Both the position numbers and the translations under genes were made by a program. Below, piece by piece: positions 9,773 through 19,918 of a stretch of 64,000 nt of DNA (positions are counted from its first letter, which is position 1; each line of letters starts with the position of its first letter). The notes under the pieces were generated by a model that ran no database searches, was not told where the DNA came from, and saw only the letters and a list, made by a program, of their open reading frames with translations. The DNA comes from an uncultured Verrucomicrobiae bacterium (GTDB lineage: Bacteria; Verrucomicrobiota; Verrucomicrobiia; Chthoniobacterales; UBA10450), in assembly GCA_963756875.1 (NCBI GenBank), contig CAVWPA010000003.1, positions 1,344,001-1,408,000 on the forward strand. Direction: 5' to 3'.

Positions 9773-11353
9773 CTAGCTCCCGATCATCATTTTCTCGGTA
9801 ACGTTCTTTGCGGATACCGGAGTTGCGGCGGGTGCTTCTTGCGGACGCTGGCCCCAGGAACGCCAGCCTTCAGTTAATTCGATCCAGACCCACTTCGCTA
9901 CTGCACCGAAAAGCCGCCTGCTGTCGCTTCGACTCAGCGTAAAGCTGGGAATCAGGCAACGTTTTCCTCGATTGGTTTTTCCCAACGCATTCACGTGGCG
10001 CCGGTGCCGTGCGATCTGCGCAAAACGGCGATTGTATAGTCGGATGAAATGAAACGCCGGACGCGACCTCGTCTGGGTAAAGGGCGGACTCAGGAGCCCC
10101 CGATCTCCGTGTTTATAAATGTCCGCGACTGGGCCGAGATAATAGAAGCCCAGATCCAGCTGGAACGCCGTGCTCATCAGGTCCCATTCTCCCATATATT
10201 CGTACTTATCCTTATAGAGAGCCTCGAACCACGAGTGGTAGCAGAGGTTAAAGTCGCGATTATGACGTGCGATTCGCTCGGCCATCGGCTCGCCGCGGCG
10301 CTGCGCAGTGATCAGCTCGGCCGCGGCACTCGCGCTGAATGAAATCCAATCCATGCCGGGGCTGTAAAACGGATCGATGAATCCGGCGGCGTCGCCCACA
10401 AGCACGAACCCGTCACCCGCAAACGTTGTGCTGTAGTAAGCGAGATTCTTGCGCCAATGCACGTCGTTCTCTTCGAATTTGGCGTCGCCAAGCATCTCGC
10501 GCGCAACCGGATGCTGCATCAGGAAGTTCCTCAACCGTTCGCCGAGTCTGCCGTCATCCTGTGGCCATTCCACCAGGCGTTGATCGAAGACGACGCCGAC
10601 GCTGACATCGCCGCCTTTCAATGGAATCCACCAACTCCACCAGCCGTCGCCGATGATGTGATTTGTCGCCGTGCCGCGAATGCTGTAAACGGCTGAAGCC
10701 CACTCCGGATATTTTTCCGATAGCTCGCGACTATCCCAATCCTTCACACCTTTCCACCGCGCCCAGGCCGCTGCCGTCGGATGCTCGGCGTTGTGGCGCC
10801 ACCAGCCTTCCTTGCGTGCGAGCATTGCTGCCGTGCCGGAGGCGTCCACGATCCAGCGGGCGCGCATCGTTTCGGTCGTTTCGTCATGCCGCAAAGTGAC
10901 GGTCTGTTGACCGCCGGCCGAGAGCTCTACTTTGACGACACTTGCAGGCCGCAGAAGTTTCGCGCCGGCTGCGCAAGCCTGGCGTAGAACTTCTTCGTCG
11001 AATGTCGCGCGATCGAGTTGATAGGACGGCAGTCGAACCTGGTACAGTCCGCCGAGTTCGCTGGCATCGGCAACGGATTCGACGTCGTTGTTTTTGAACC
11101 AGAACCGCAGCCCTTGTTTCACGATGTGCGACTCATTGAGATACCGGGTGAGCCCCAGCACGCGTCCCATGAAAAATGCGCTGATTTCGACTGTTGCCTC
11201 CCCAACCCGCCGCGCGAGCTGCGGAGATTTCTCGACGATCAGAAGACGCAGCCCGGGATTTTGGCGTAGTAAGAGCGTGGCGGTCGCCGCGCCGGAAAGC
11301 GCGCCGCCAATTACGATGACATCATAATCGGAAGTATGTCCGGGGTCCGCCAT
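9773..11353 (-). CDS. Flavin-dependent halogenase-like oxidoreductase
   Basis: DVIVIGGALSG, VGEAT, KQGLRF, WWSWWIPL, GDAAGFIDPFYSPG. Confidence 0.8.
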   Translation of the reverse strand: MADPGHTSDYDVIVIGGALSGAATATLLLRQNPGLRLLIVEKSPQLARRVGEATVEISAFFMGRVLGLTRYLNESHIVKQGLRFWFKNNDVESVADASELGGLYQVRLPSYQLDRATFDEEVLRQACAAGAKLLRPASVVKVELSAGGQQTVTLRHDETTETMRARWIVDASGTAAMLARKEGWWRHNAEHPTAAAWARWKGVKDWDSRELSEKYPEWASAVYSIRGTATNHIIGDGWWSWWIPLKGGDVSVGVVFDQRLVEWPQDDGRLGERLRNFLMQHPVAREMLGDAKFEENDVHWRKNLAYYSTTFAGDGFVLVGDAAGFIDPFYSPGMDWISFSASAAAELITAQRRGEPMAERIARHNRDFNLCYHSWFEALYKDKYEYMGEWDLMSTAFQLDLGFYYLGPVADIYKHGDRGLLSPPFTQTRSRPAFHFIRLYNRRFAQIARHRRHVNALGKTNRGKRCLIPSFTLSRSDSRRLFGAVAKWVWIELTEGWRSWGQRPQEAPAATPVSAKNVTEKMMIGS

Positions 11354-11356
11354 CTG

Positions 11357-12622
11357 TTATTTCTCGGGCTCTGCGGGAAGCTGCGGCGACAGCGCCAAAA
11401 AGCGTTGGGCGTGCACAAAGAAATAGAACACCCACATTCGCAGCCGGACGCCGAAGTCATTGCCTTCGTTACCGGCAAGCATTGCATTAACGCCGGCGGC
11501 GATTTGCATCGTGTCGGTCGGATTCAGAAACACTTCCAGAAAATCCTTGCTGCGACGGTACCATGAGTTCACGAAGGTGAGATAGAGATCCATCACGTGA
11601 TTGACGCGGCGCGAGTATGCTTTGAAAAGACGTCGTTTGCGCGATTCGTCGCGCAGAATTTGATCCAGCGTATCGGCTGCCTTTTCGGCCGACAAGATCG
11701 CAAGGAAAACGCCGCTGCTAAAAACCGGATCGATGAATCCCGCGGCGTCGCCGGCGAGCAGCCAGCGATCGCCGAAGAGTCTCGCGTTGCGATAGGAAAA
11801 ATCGCCGGTGGAATAAACGGGTGAGACACGCTCCGCCCGTCGCATTCGCTCCAGCACCATCGGTTGTTCGCCGATGCATTTTTCCAGGGTCGCTTCCGGC
11901 GAGAGTTTCATGGCGCGGAATGTCGTCGTATCCATGACGACACCGATGCTCATGCGCGTGGGCGTCAGGGGGATCATCCAAAACCAACGATCGAATCCGC
12001 GCACCATGCGTATGAGCGTGCCGTCGATACCTTCCGCGCGATCGACATTCTCGTAATGGGCGAACACGGCAAATTTCTGAAGATGATTGTAAGTTTTTTT
12101 GAGCTTGTAAAAATTTCCAAGCATCGTTTGGCGGCCGCTGCAATCGAGTACATAGCGCGCCTCGATTTCCAATGTCGCCCCGGCGGCGGATTCGATCTCG
12201 AGCTTCATGTGGTTGCGGGTTGCCTCGATCTTCTTCACTGCGGTTTGCTCGCGCACCTCCGCGCCGTTCTCGCGCGAGTGGTCGAGCAGCAATTTATCAA
12301 ACTCAGACCGCGTGACCTGGTAGGCATGATCTCCGCTCGAGCGCAGGCCGTCTTTGAAATAGAATTTCACCCCCTTTGCCCCGCACGAGGCGACAACTTC
12401 GGCGCCATATTTCGGCAAAAAGGCGCGGTCCAGTTTTTCGCGCACGCCCAGCCGGTCGAATGTTTGCGTGCTGAATGGCAAGAGCGATTCGCCGATGTGA
12501 AACCGCGGAAATGTTTCGCGCTCCAGCACGACAACGCGACGGCCCGCGCGGGCGAGCAACGTGGCAGCGGTGCTGCCGGCCGGGCCGCCACCAATAATCG
12601 CGACGTCATAAAGTGAGTCCAT
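11357..12622 (-). CDS. Flavin-dependent halogenase-like oxidoreductase
   Basis: GGGPAG, FPRFHIGESL, PKYGA, WFWMIPL, GDAAGFIDPVFSSG. Confidence 0.85.
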   Translation of the reverse strand: MDSLYDVAIIGGGPAGSTAATLLARAGRRVVVLERETFPRFHIGESLLPFSTQTFDRLGVREKLDRAFLPKYGAEVVASCGAKGVKFYFKDGLRSSGDHAYQVTRSEFDKLLLDHSRENGAEVREQTAVKKIEATRNHMKLEIESAAGATLEIEARYVLDCSGRQTMLGNFYKLKKTYNHLQKFAVFAHYENVDRAEGIDGTLIRMVRGFDRWFWMIPLTPTRMSIGVVMDTTTFRAMKLSPEATLEKCIGEQPMVLERMRRAERVSPVYSTGDFSYRNARLFGDRWLLAGDAAGFIDPVFSSGVFLAILSAEKAADTLDQILRDESRKRRLFKAYSRRVNHVMDLYLTFVNSWYRRSKDFLEVFLNPTDTMQIAAGVNAMLAGNEGNDFGVRLRMWVFYFFVHAQRFLALSPQLPAEPEK

Positions 12623-12753
12623 GGACGGATAAACCTAGCCGATTCGCCGACGAAGCAATCCTCAACTTATCAAAAAGCGAACGCGGCGCACGTTCGCATT
12701 TTAAACGCCCGGCGCGTCTGTCGGAATCGTGACCGAAAGATCACGAACAGCGG

Positions 12754-12948
12754 TTAAATCCGGTGTTGGCGTGGGGCCGAATCTTCGGCGAAAAGACGAT
12801 GTCGTGTATCTCTGACCGGTCGCATTTCGACGGGCACTCCAACAGTACAGACATCGCACCAGTGGCGGCTGGCGCTTTCCATGCGTTTGCGCGTTCCGCA
12901 TTTGTCGCAAACAAATACTTCGCTCTGAGCTCTTGTCAGTTTTCTCAC
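12754..12948 (-). CDS. Possible small zinc-ribbon protein
   Basis: CDKC...CDVC in a 64 aa ORF filling an otherwise empty gap. Confidence 0.35.
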   Translation of the reverse strand: MRKLTRAQSEVFVCDKCGTRKRMESASRHWCDVCTVGVPVEMRPVRDTRHRLFAEDSAPRQHRI

Positions 12949-13157
12949 TGTTTTACTTGGTTTGGACTGTGCCCCGGTTCCAAGCCTGTCTCATCCCATC
13001 ATAGACGCGGATTGAAACAAAGCGAATCCTATCGAGCGTTCAGAGCCTGCTTTCAATATCAGCAACGCCACGGCGCAATGACCAAAGCGCTTTGCAAGGC
13101 AATCACCATACGCATACGCTGATCGATGGCGCGTGGTGACTCTCGGAAAAAACGCTT

Positions 13158-14192
13158 ATGAAGACTGTGCGACTCGTGCAGATCGGAAAACCGCTGGAAG
13201 ATGCCGACATTCCGGTTCCACAAATTGCATCGTCTGAAGTTTTGGTCCGTGTCGCCGCGTGCGGGATCTGTCACTCCGACGCGCACTATCGCGCCGGCAT
13301 TTCCACGATGGATCGTTTGCCGGTCACCCTCGGACACGAAGTCGCCGGCCGGATCGAAGCGGTGGGCGAAGAAGTCCATTACGTTTCACCCGGAGACCGC
13401 GTCTATGTGCACTACCTCGTAAGCTGCGGCAGCTGCGATCTCTGTCTTCGCGGCGACGAACAATTCTGCGTCAAAGTGCGAATGATCGGAAAACATCGCG
13501 ATGGCGGCTACGCCGAGTTCATTAAAGTCCCCGGTCGAAACGTGTTCGTTCTTCCCGATGAAATTCCCTCCGAAGTGGGTGCGATCATGATGTGTTCGTC
13601 GGCAACGGCTCTTCATGCTTTGAACAAAGCCCGCCTGAAAAGTGGTGAAACCGTCGCAATTTTTGGGTTTGGCGGATTGGGATTTTCAGCGTTGCAACTG
13701 GCTCACGCAATCGGCTGCCGGAAGGCATACGTTGTCGAGATCAACCGCGCCAAACGGGATTCAATCGCGGCCATGGGCGGCGTGCCGGTCGATGCCAGCG
13801 CCCGCGATCCCGTTGATCAGATCAAAGAAGCGACCCACGGAAAAGGAGTCGATGTCGCCATCGAATTGGTTGGCTCCGCTGTTACGATGGCGCAGGCGGT
13901 ACGGTGCCTGGGGGTTCACGGCCGCGCGGCTCTCGTCGGTCTCACCGCGGAATCAATGTCGATTCTCCCGTACACGGAGCTCATCAACAAGGAAGTGGAG
14001 ATTATCGGAGTCTCCGATCATCTGGCGGCCGAACTGCCTTCGCTGATGGAGTTCGTGCGCAGCGGTAAACTTTCTTTTCCGCCGGGAACGCTGCGCACGG
14101 TCGGTCTTGACGCAGTGCAGATCAACGCTGCGCTCGATGCGGTTGCGAAATCCACCGATCACATCAGAACAGTGATCGTTCCAGGGATATGA
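13158..14192 (+). CDS. Zinc-binding alcohol dehydrogenase (MDR family)
   Basis: CGICHSD, LGHEVAG, CGSCDLC...C, GFGGLG. Confidence 0.92.
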   Translation: MKTVRLVQIGKPLEDADIPVPQIASSEVLVRVAACGICHSDAHYRAGISTMDRLPVTLGHEVAGRIEAVGEEVHYVSPGDRVYVHYLVSCGSCDLCLRGDEQFCVKVRMIGKHRDGGYAEFIKVPGRNVFVLPDEIPSEVGAIMMCSSATALHALNKARLKSGETVAIFGFGGLGFSALQLAHAIGCRKAYVVEINRAKRDSIAAMGGVPVDASARDPVDQIKEATHGKGVDVAIELVGSAVTMAQAVRCLGVHGRAALVGLTAESMSILPYTELINKEVEIIGVSDHLAAELPSLMEFVRSGKLSFPPGTLRTVGLDAVQINAALDAVAKSTDHIRTVIVPGI

Positions 14193-14236
14193 TAGGTGGA
14201 ATTGAACCGCGTCTCGATGTGGGGTAACGTCAGATC

Positions 14237-14464
14237 GTGACCGCCGAACAGATCATCGAAGAGATCAAGCGTCTCGATCCGAAGGATCAACTGGGCGTCA
14301 TTCGATTTGCCTATCAACTCGACGCCGAACGAAAACTCACCGGCAAAGAATTGTCGAGTCTAGCTGTGCGCATGACGGAGACCGACGATCCCGCCGAAGC
14401 GGCTACGATTCGGGAAAGCATCGTTCGCGGCTTCTACGGCCGGAAGCAAGAGAGCAATGCCTGA
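14237..14464 (+). CDS. Small hypothetical protein (antitoxin-like)
   Basis: 75 aa helical ORF MTAEQIIEEIKRL; TTGAAC-17-TAACGT promoter directly upstream. Confidence 0.7.
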   Translation: MTAEQIIEEIKRLDPKDQLGVIRFAYQLDAERKLTGKELSSLAVRMTETDDPAEAATIRESIVRGFYGRKQESNA

Positions 14465-14703
14465 GATTCGGCGGCAGAATCTTCCGCCGGCGCTGCTTCA
14501 TCATCTCCTCGACCGGATCCGTTCGCGCGAGATTTCGGCAGATCAGCTAAGGGTTGTTTGCCGACTGGCTCGACACCGAGCCTGAAGTGCCGAATGAGAA
14601 ATGGTTCAAACGTTTCCCGAAAATAACCGTCTGCGGCCAGGGCGATCTGGTGAAGACTTTCCTGAATGCCAGCCAGGTTCCGGTTGGAATAGAAATTCTC
14701 TGA
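14457..14703 (+). CDS. Small hypothetical protein overlapping the previous gene; one extra base near 14550
   Basis: MPEIRRQNLPPALLHHLLDRIRSREISADQL, then after removing one A GLFADWLDTEPEVPNEKWFKRFPKITVCGQGDLVKTFL...IEIL-stop. Confidence 0.6.
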
Positions 14704-14778
14704 TCTCTTCCATTGGACGCCAGCTCGCAAACGCATTCGGAGTTGGACGTTCGCTTCAAGATCCTTCGTCCGCGCGCT

Positions 14779-15348
14779 TCATCTCGCTTTCAGTAACGCC
14801 TGACGAATCGACTCGGGATCGATACGCTCCTTGTAGCCTTCCAGGAAGAATTTTGCGCGGATAACGCCATCGGTTCCGACAATGAACGTGCCGGGGTAGG
14901 GGATTCCTTTGGCACGTCCCTGCGCTTCCTTGTTAAGAATCCCGTAGGCTTCGATGGTTTTGCTGCCGGCATCGGAAAGCAGGGGAAATGTAATGGAATG
15001 TTTCGTCGCGAACCGTCTGAGAACGTCCGTGGAATCGTAGCTGATGGCGACGACCTGACCGCCGGTCGCTTTCAGTTCTTTTAAGTGAGCTTGCAGTTGG
15101 ACCAACTGCCTCTGGCAGAAGGGTCACCAATCCGCCGACCGAAAAAAGACCAGCGCCACCGGACCCTTTTTGAGAAGCGCCTCAAGCGAGACGTCGTGGT
15201 TGGCTTGATCTTTGAGAGTGAACAACGGCGCTTTTTTTCCGACAGCCAGTCCGGCGTGTTCCGGAGGGGCGGGTTCCGCCGCACTCGCTGCCTGTGCCAG
15301 AAGAACTCCGGAAACGGAGAGAGCCAAGGCGAGTCGAATCAATTTCAT
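14779..15348 (-). CDS. Peroxiredoxin-like (AhpC/TSA, redoxin) selenoprotein, Sec at UGA 15124-15126
   Basis: Two track ORFs are in the same frame and separated only by TGA: FFRSADW-U-PFCQRQLVQLQ; signal peptide, APLFTL, FPLLSD, PGTFIV...DGVIR. Confidence 0.85.
15093..15109 (-). promoter_or_regulatory. SECIS-like hairpin
   Basis: GCAGUUG-GUC-CAACUGC beginning 14 nt after the in-frame UGA; apical GGUC resembles the E. coli fdhF SECIS loop. Confidence 0.75.
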
Positions 15349-15523
15349 GTGTGGAAAGGTAGCGCAGCAGGCGAGCCGAGTCATTTTTTTCCGACCCTGA
15401 CCGACGTTTACCGGTGACGCGGGTTTTCACGGTAGTGGGCGAGTCGTTAGGGCAATGTGGAAAGTGGAGATCAGGCCCTTTTCCTTCTTTTCTTGCACGG
15501 TGAAGAAAGATAAAAAGTCGTTA

Positions 15524-16313
15524 ATGACCGACCTGCGAATAAAAGATTTTAGTAAACTGATGATCAATGTCGTTTCGGGACTGCTTGCAAACCTTCTTTT
15601 CACTGCGTGACAGTCGGGGTGCTTTGCGGGTTGTATTATCTGTTTCGCAGGAAGCCTCTTTTCATTTTTTTTGGCCTTACAGATACGCGTGAAGTCAGAA
15701 TCTACTTATCGCACCTCCGCGTGCGGCCGTCCGGCGCTATCGGGGCCGACGGTACACCTCGATCTTTTCAAGGCAGCGCGATCCCTAACCTTGAATCGCT
15801 TGCAGCTTCCGATGTCGTTTCACTGTTCCGCGTTTCGCTTCCTGGCGGGCGGTACAACCATCTTGGCTCAATGACATTTTGCTGAACGATGTCTCAGTTT
15901 CGATTGGCCCGGCTCCGTTACTGCCTCCTCACATTGCCTTCCCTTGCACAACAATCGTAGTCGGATCTCCGGGTGATAATCGAGCATCAGCCGTCGTGCA
16001 GAACGAGTTACAATCACCGATTCAGTTCAATGTGGATAACTCCGCAATCCAAATTCCAAGATTGCCCCTTGTTGTAAACCTGCGCCACGCATTTATCGTT
16101 AGGCTGCGACATGGTTCTCATTTCGTCTTTTATTTGGCTGGACTTTCAGAGGGCGGAACCGCGGCGGCGTTAACCTATCTGGCCTGTTTTTGGCAAGAAT
16201 TACATCGCCGTCACAAGCTGATACCCTCATTCTACGTGCTCATTGAATTTGTTGGCGAAGACTACACGAATAGTCAGGTCATCGCTCAAGCCGGAATCAA
16301 CATCCGACAATAG
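15524..16313 (+). CDS. Membrane-anchored hypothetical protein in three frameshifted pieces
   Basis: N-terminal hydrophobic helix, then IVVGSPGDN and FYLAGLSEGGTAAALTYL...W; fragments abut near 15607 and 15850. Confidence 0.55.
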
Positions 16314-16481
16314 AAATGGTAATAAAGATCTCGCAGCCTCGGCAGAGACTGCGCTAGGCTACGGACCCACCCGCTCAGATTGAGTAGAACGTTTATTTGG
16401 TAAAAGGTGGAACTGGATGAAGTAATTAGTGTAATTGTGAATTGAAATGGCAATCCCAACCCACGATGGGTTTTTCGATTT

Positions 16482-17310
16482 GTGACTGCGCGCGTTACCA
16501 AGCGGACGAGCCGTGTCCGGCACTATAAACAAAAGAAAATCGAAGGATACGTTGCTGCCTGTGATGCTCTGGAGTTCTTGAAACTCATTGACAAAGAGAG
16601 TGCGGATATTGTATTCCTTGACCCTCCATTCAACCTCGGAAAGCGGTACCACGCTCGAAGACAAACAGATGTAATGCCTCTTCGAATATATGAAGGCTGG
16701 TTGAAGGAGATTCTTTTTGAATCCGTGAGGATTCTGCGACCCGGAGGAGCGCTGTATCTGTATCATCTACCGGTCTGGGCGATACGGCTTGGTGAATTTC
16801 TTGATGGCCATCTTGAATTTAGACATTGGATTGCGATTGCCATGAAAAACGGTTTCATCCGCGGGAAAAGTCTATATCCCGCACATTACGGGCTTTTGAT
16901 GTTCACCAAAGGCGAACCGGCGCGATCAGGCCGACCTAAATTGCGACCGTCCAAATGCCGTCATTGTGGGGAATATATCAAGGATTACGGCGGCTATTTG
17001 CCAATAATTGAGAGGAAGGGTATCAATCTCAGCGACTTTTGGGACGACTTGAGTCCCGTTCGCCACGCAAACCGCAAACACAGGCGAGCAAACGAGCTAC
17101 CTGAAATATTGTTTGAGCGCATCATTGCGATCAGTGGCTACCGTGGCGGGTTGGACGTCGACCCTTTTGCTGGTACTGGTTCCGGCGTAATTGCCGCCGT
17201 TCACAAAGGCCTTAGGTTCGCTGCCTGTGACTTGGTGCGCGCTAACTGCAACATCATATCACGTCGGCTCGACACGCTAATGGCTCAACTCTCAAGAAAG
17301 AAAAAAAATG
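16482..17310 (+). CDS. Site-specific DNA methyltransferase (N6-A/N4-C, beta order); 3-prime end uncertain
   Basis: DIVFLDPPFN (motif IV) precedes DPFAGTGS (motif I); RILRPGG. Confidence 0.85.
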
Positions 17311-18638
17311 CCAGAACAAGCCAACGCCTTTCCGAGGAAACATTTTTCCTAGAAATGTTCACGCGCGACATTTCTCTAGAAGACTGCATTTTGGACCTGA
17401 TCGACAATTCGATAGACGCCTTGGTTAAAGCGCGCCAAGTAGATATTTCTTCTGCCGTTTTTCAAAAGAATGGCTCCAAGCCAGATGCTAGCTCATTGCC
17501 TTCGGTGCATGTCAATTTCTCACCGACTGAGGTCAGAGTCGCCGATAATTGCGGCGGTATCACTTTCGAGGAAGCCAGAACGAGGTCTTTAATTTCGGTC
17601 ACGGCACTGAGCCTGTGCGTGGTCAGCTGGGCGCGTATGGAATTGGCCTCAAACGTGCCCTCTTCAAAATCGGGAATGATTTCCTGATCAGAATCGCGCG
17701 CGGAAAAGGATGGATTCTCGGCTCATTTGCCAGACGTTCGCAAATAGGCCTCTTCTGACACAACTCTGGATGATTGGAAGATTCTGATAAAGCCGCTCCA
17801 GCGAGCAAAGTCACCCAAGCAGGCGGGGACGGAGATAACAATCCGCGGTTTGCGTGACGAGGTCAAAATGCGCATTGCTGACGGTACCCTCGGCGGTCGA
17901 CTGCGGGAACTAATCGAGAAAACCTATGCGTTGTTCTTGGATCGTTACGTTCGGGTCTACCTGAACAATAAAATAGTAGAGCCGTTCGAGATTCCGCTAG
18001 GACAATCGAGGGATGTAACGCCTGGGCATGATGATTTTGAAGATGGCGGAGTAAAGGTGAAGTTATTTGCAAGCCTTTCGTTGCAGCCGCGAGCGGAAAC
18101 CGCCGGATGGTACGTCCTTTGTAACGGGCGAGTCGTTGTCCATGCCGATAAGACTGAGTTAACAGGATGGGGAGCTGCGTTACCTCAATTTCATACCAAA
18201 TTTGTCCGGTTTCTTGGCTTGGCGTTTTTCCAATCCAAAGATCTGCTGCTGCTGCCTTGGACGACGACAAAACGCGGATTAAATCGGGAATCCCGGATAT
18301 TTCAAAAGGCTAGGAATCGCATGGCGGGCTTATCGCAACCTATATTGAAGTTTCTAAGTAGCATGTATCGAACCGAGCTTAGTGAAGAGCCAAAGGAGCG
18401 GCGCGTTGCCGATACTATCAAGCCAACGGACATACGAAGAGTTGCCTCGCAACCGAGCTCCGTATTCAAAGTCGCGATGCCCGCCGTGTCTTGGCAGCCG
18501 AGAACGGTAAGAATTCTATATGACGCGCAGAGGAGGGATATTGAGAGAGTAAAGAAGCAACTTCGAAAGCCATCAATGCCTGCGAATAGAATCGGAAAAA
18601 TAATAGATCACTTCTTGAAAACCGAATGCTCCGAATAG
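17308..18638 (+). CDS. GHKL/MORC-type ATPase with several frameshifts
   Basis: MPEQANAFPRKH/FFLEMFTRDISLEDCILDLIDNSID, DNCGGI, GAYGIGLKRALFKIG, GWYVLCNGRVV, PWTTTKRG. Confidence 0.8.
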
Positions 18639-18644
18639 ACGCCG

Positions 18645-19569
18645 GTGAGCTCTTTCAAGGTTCGGTCCGATCTTAGACCTGCCAAGCAGGTTGAACGCCG
18701 TATGATTATCGACGCGTGTAACTGCTGTCTCTGTCTAATTTCCCAATTCGGGACTACCAATATACCGGATTCGGATTGTTTACTTCGTCGATTTTATTCT
18801 ATTCCACAAGTTTTTGGGACTTAGAGATTTGGTTAGCGTGGAACGCGATGACCGAATCGAAAAACGAGTAAAGTACAACCGGCCTTTCGGCTGCCTGAGA
18901 ATTGTGATGGGATCTGCGGCCGATGTGATTCGACGTTGTCGCAAGATAAAAGACACATTCTTTGGCTCGACTACGATTCAATTTTGTCTTCGAGCCACAT
19001 TCTTGACCTCAGATTGGCGGGCACTTACTTAACGCCTGGCTCGCTATTGCTGATAACTATCGATGTTGAACCGCCGGGGGATGATCAAGCCGGTCCAGCC
19101 GAGTGGAAACGGCATTTTCACGAAGAGGGTGGTGAACTCGCCCTGCCTCTCAATGACGTTTCCGATTTCACCGAGTCCAAGTTACTCGGCGTCAATACCG
19201 GCTGGTAGAAGCAGCCATTACTGCGGGTTTGGGCGGTCGAGAAGCTGCATTTTCTCCACTGTTCAATTTTCTGTATGCAGATGGCCACAATATGCTGACC
19301 ATCGGCGGGATGATCACGACAGACGTGGAGAGAAGGCTGCTCTCCGCTAGTCAACTCGAGAAAACGGAATACGCCCGATTTAACCTGCGCAAAAAGCCGT
19401 TCTCGATTCGAGTGCCCCGAGTGACCCGTAAAGAACGCTTACATTTGGACAGTGTAATGCCTTGCCGCAGCGGTTGGCGTCCAACAAATTCGAAATGCTC
19501 AGCAAAGACATAGACGCTTATCGAGCAATCTTCCCCTTTTTGCCGGCTTACGCGGAGCTTTTGCTCTAG
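18645..19569 (+). CDS. Putative SAM-dependent (O-)methyltransferase-like protein with several frameshifts
   Basis: Pieces read DLRPAKQVERRMIID, YQYTGFG..YFVDFILFHKFLG..LVSVE, HILWLDYD, FLYADGHNMLTIGG, ending PAYAELLL. Confidence 0.6.
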
Positions 19570-19645
19570 CTGGGATGACGGTGCCCCGTGGTGGGCTGCG
19601 GCGTAGGTTAAAGCGTCTTCCTGCTCACGCGTTCCAGACGCTTCT

Positions 19646-19703
19646 ATCGGTTTTTCGTTTCGAGCGAGACGGGCTGCTGTTCTAAAAAGCTGAAAACTGA
19701 AAA
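19646..19703. repeat. ~57 bp direct repeat, copy 1
   Basis: ATCGGTTTTTCGTTTCGAGCGA.ACGGGCT...AAAAGCTGAAAACTGAAA, repeated at 20957-21013. Confidence 0.75.
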
Positions 19704-19918
19704 GCTGAACGGAGCGAGTGGGACGAGCGACGTAGAAGGTAAAGTGACGAGGGTAGGATCGACTGAGCGTCGGAAGCGAGGGAGTTTCAAAGCTGAAACG
19801 CAGCTGAAGGCCAAGTCGGCGGCGCCGATGACCCCATTTGAGCGACGCTTACATTCAATCGGGAAATCTCGCGTTGCTCGACATCTCGTGAGAGGTCCGT
19901 TACCGTGACCTCGTCGTC

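Noticed and set aside
15608..15610. Second selenocysteine UGA
   Set aside because: Downstream coding continues in another frame and there is no redox motif or SECIS-like hairpin
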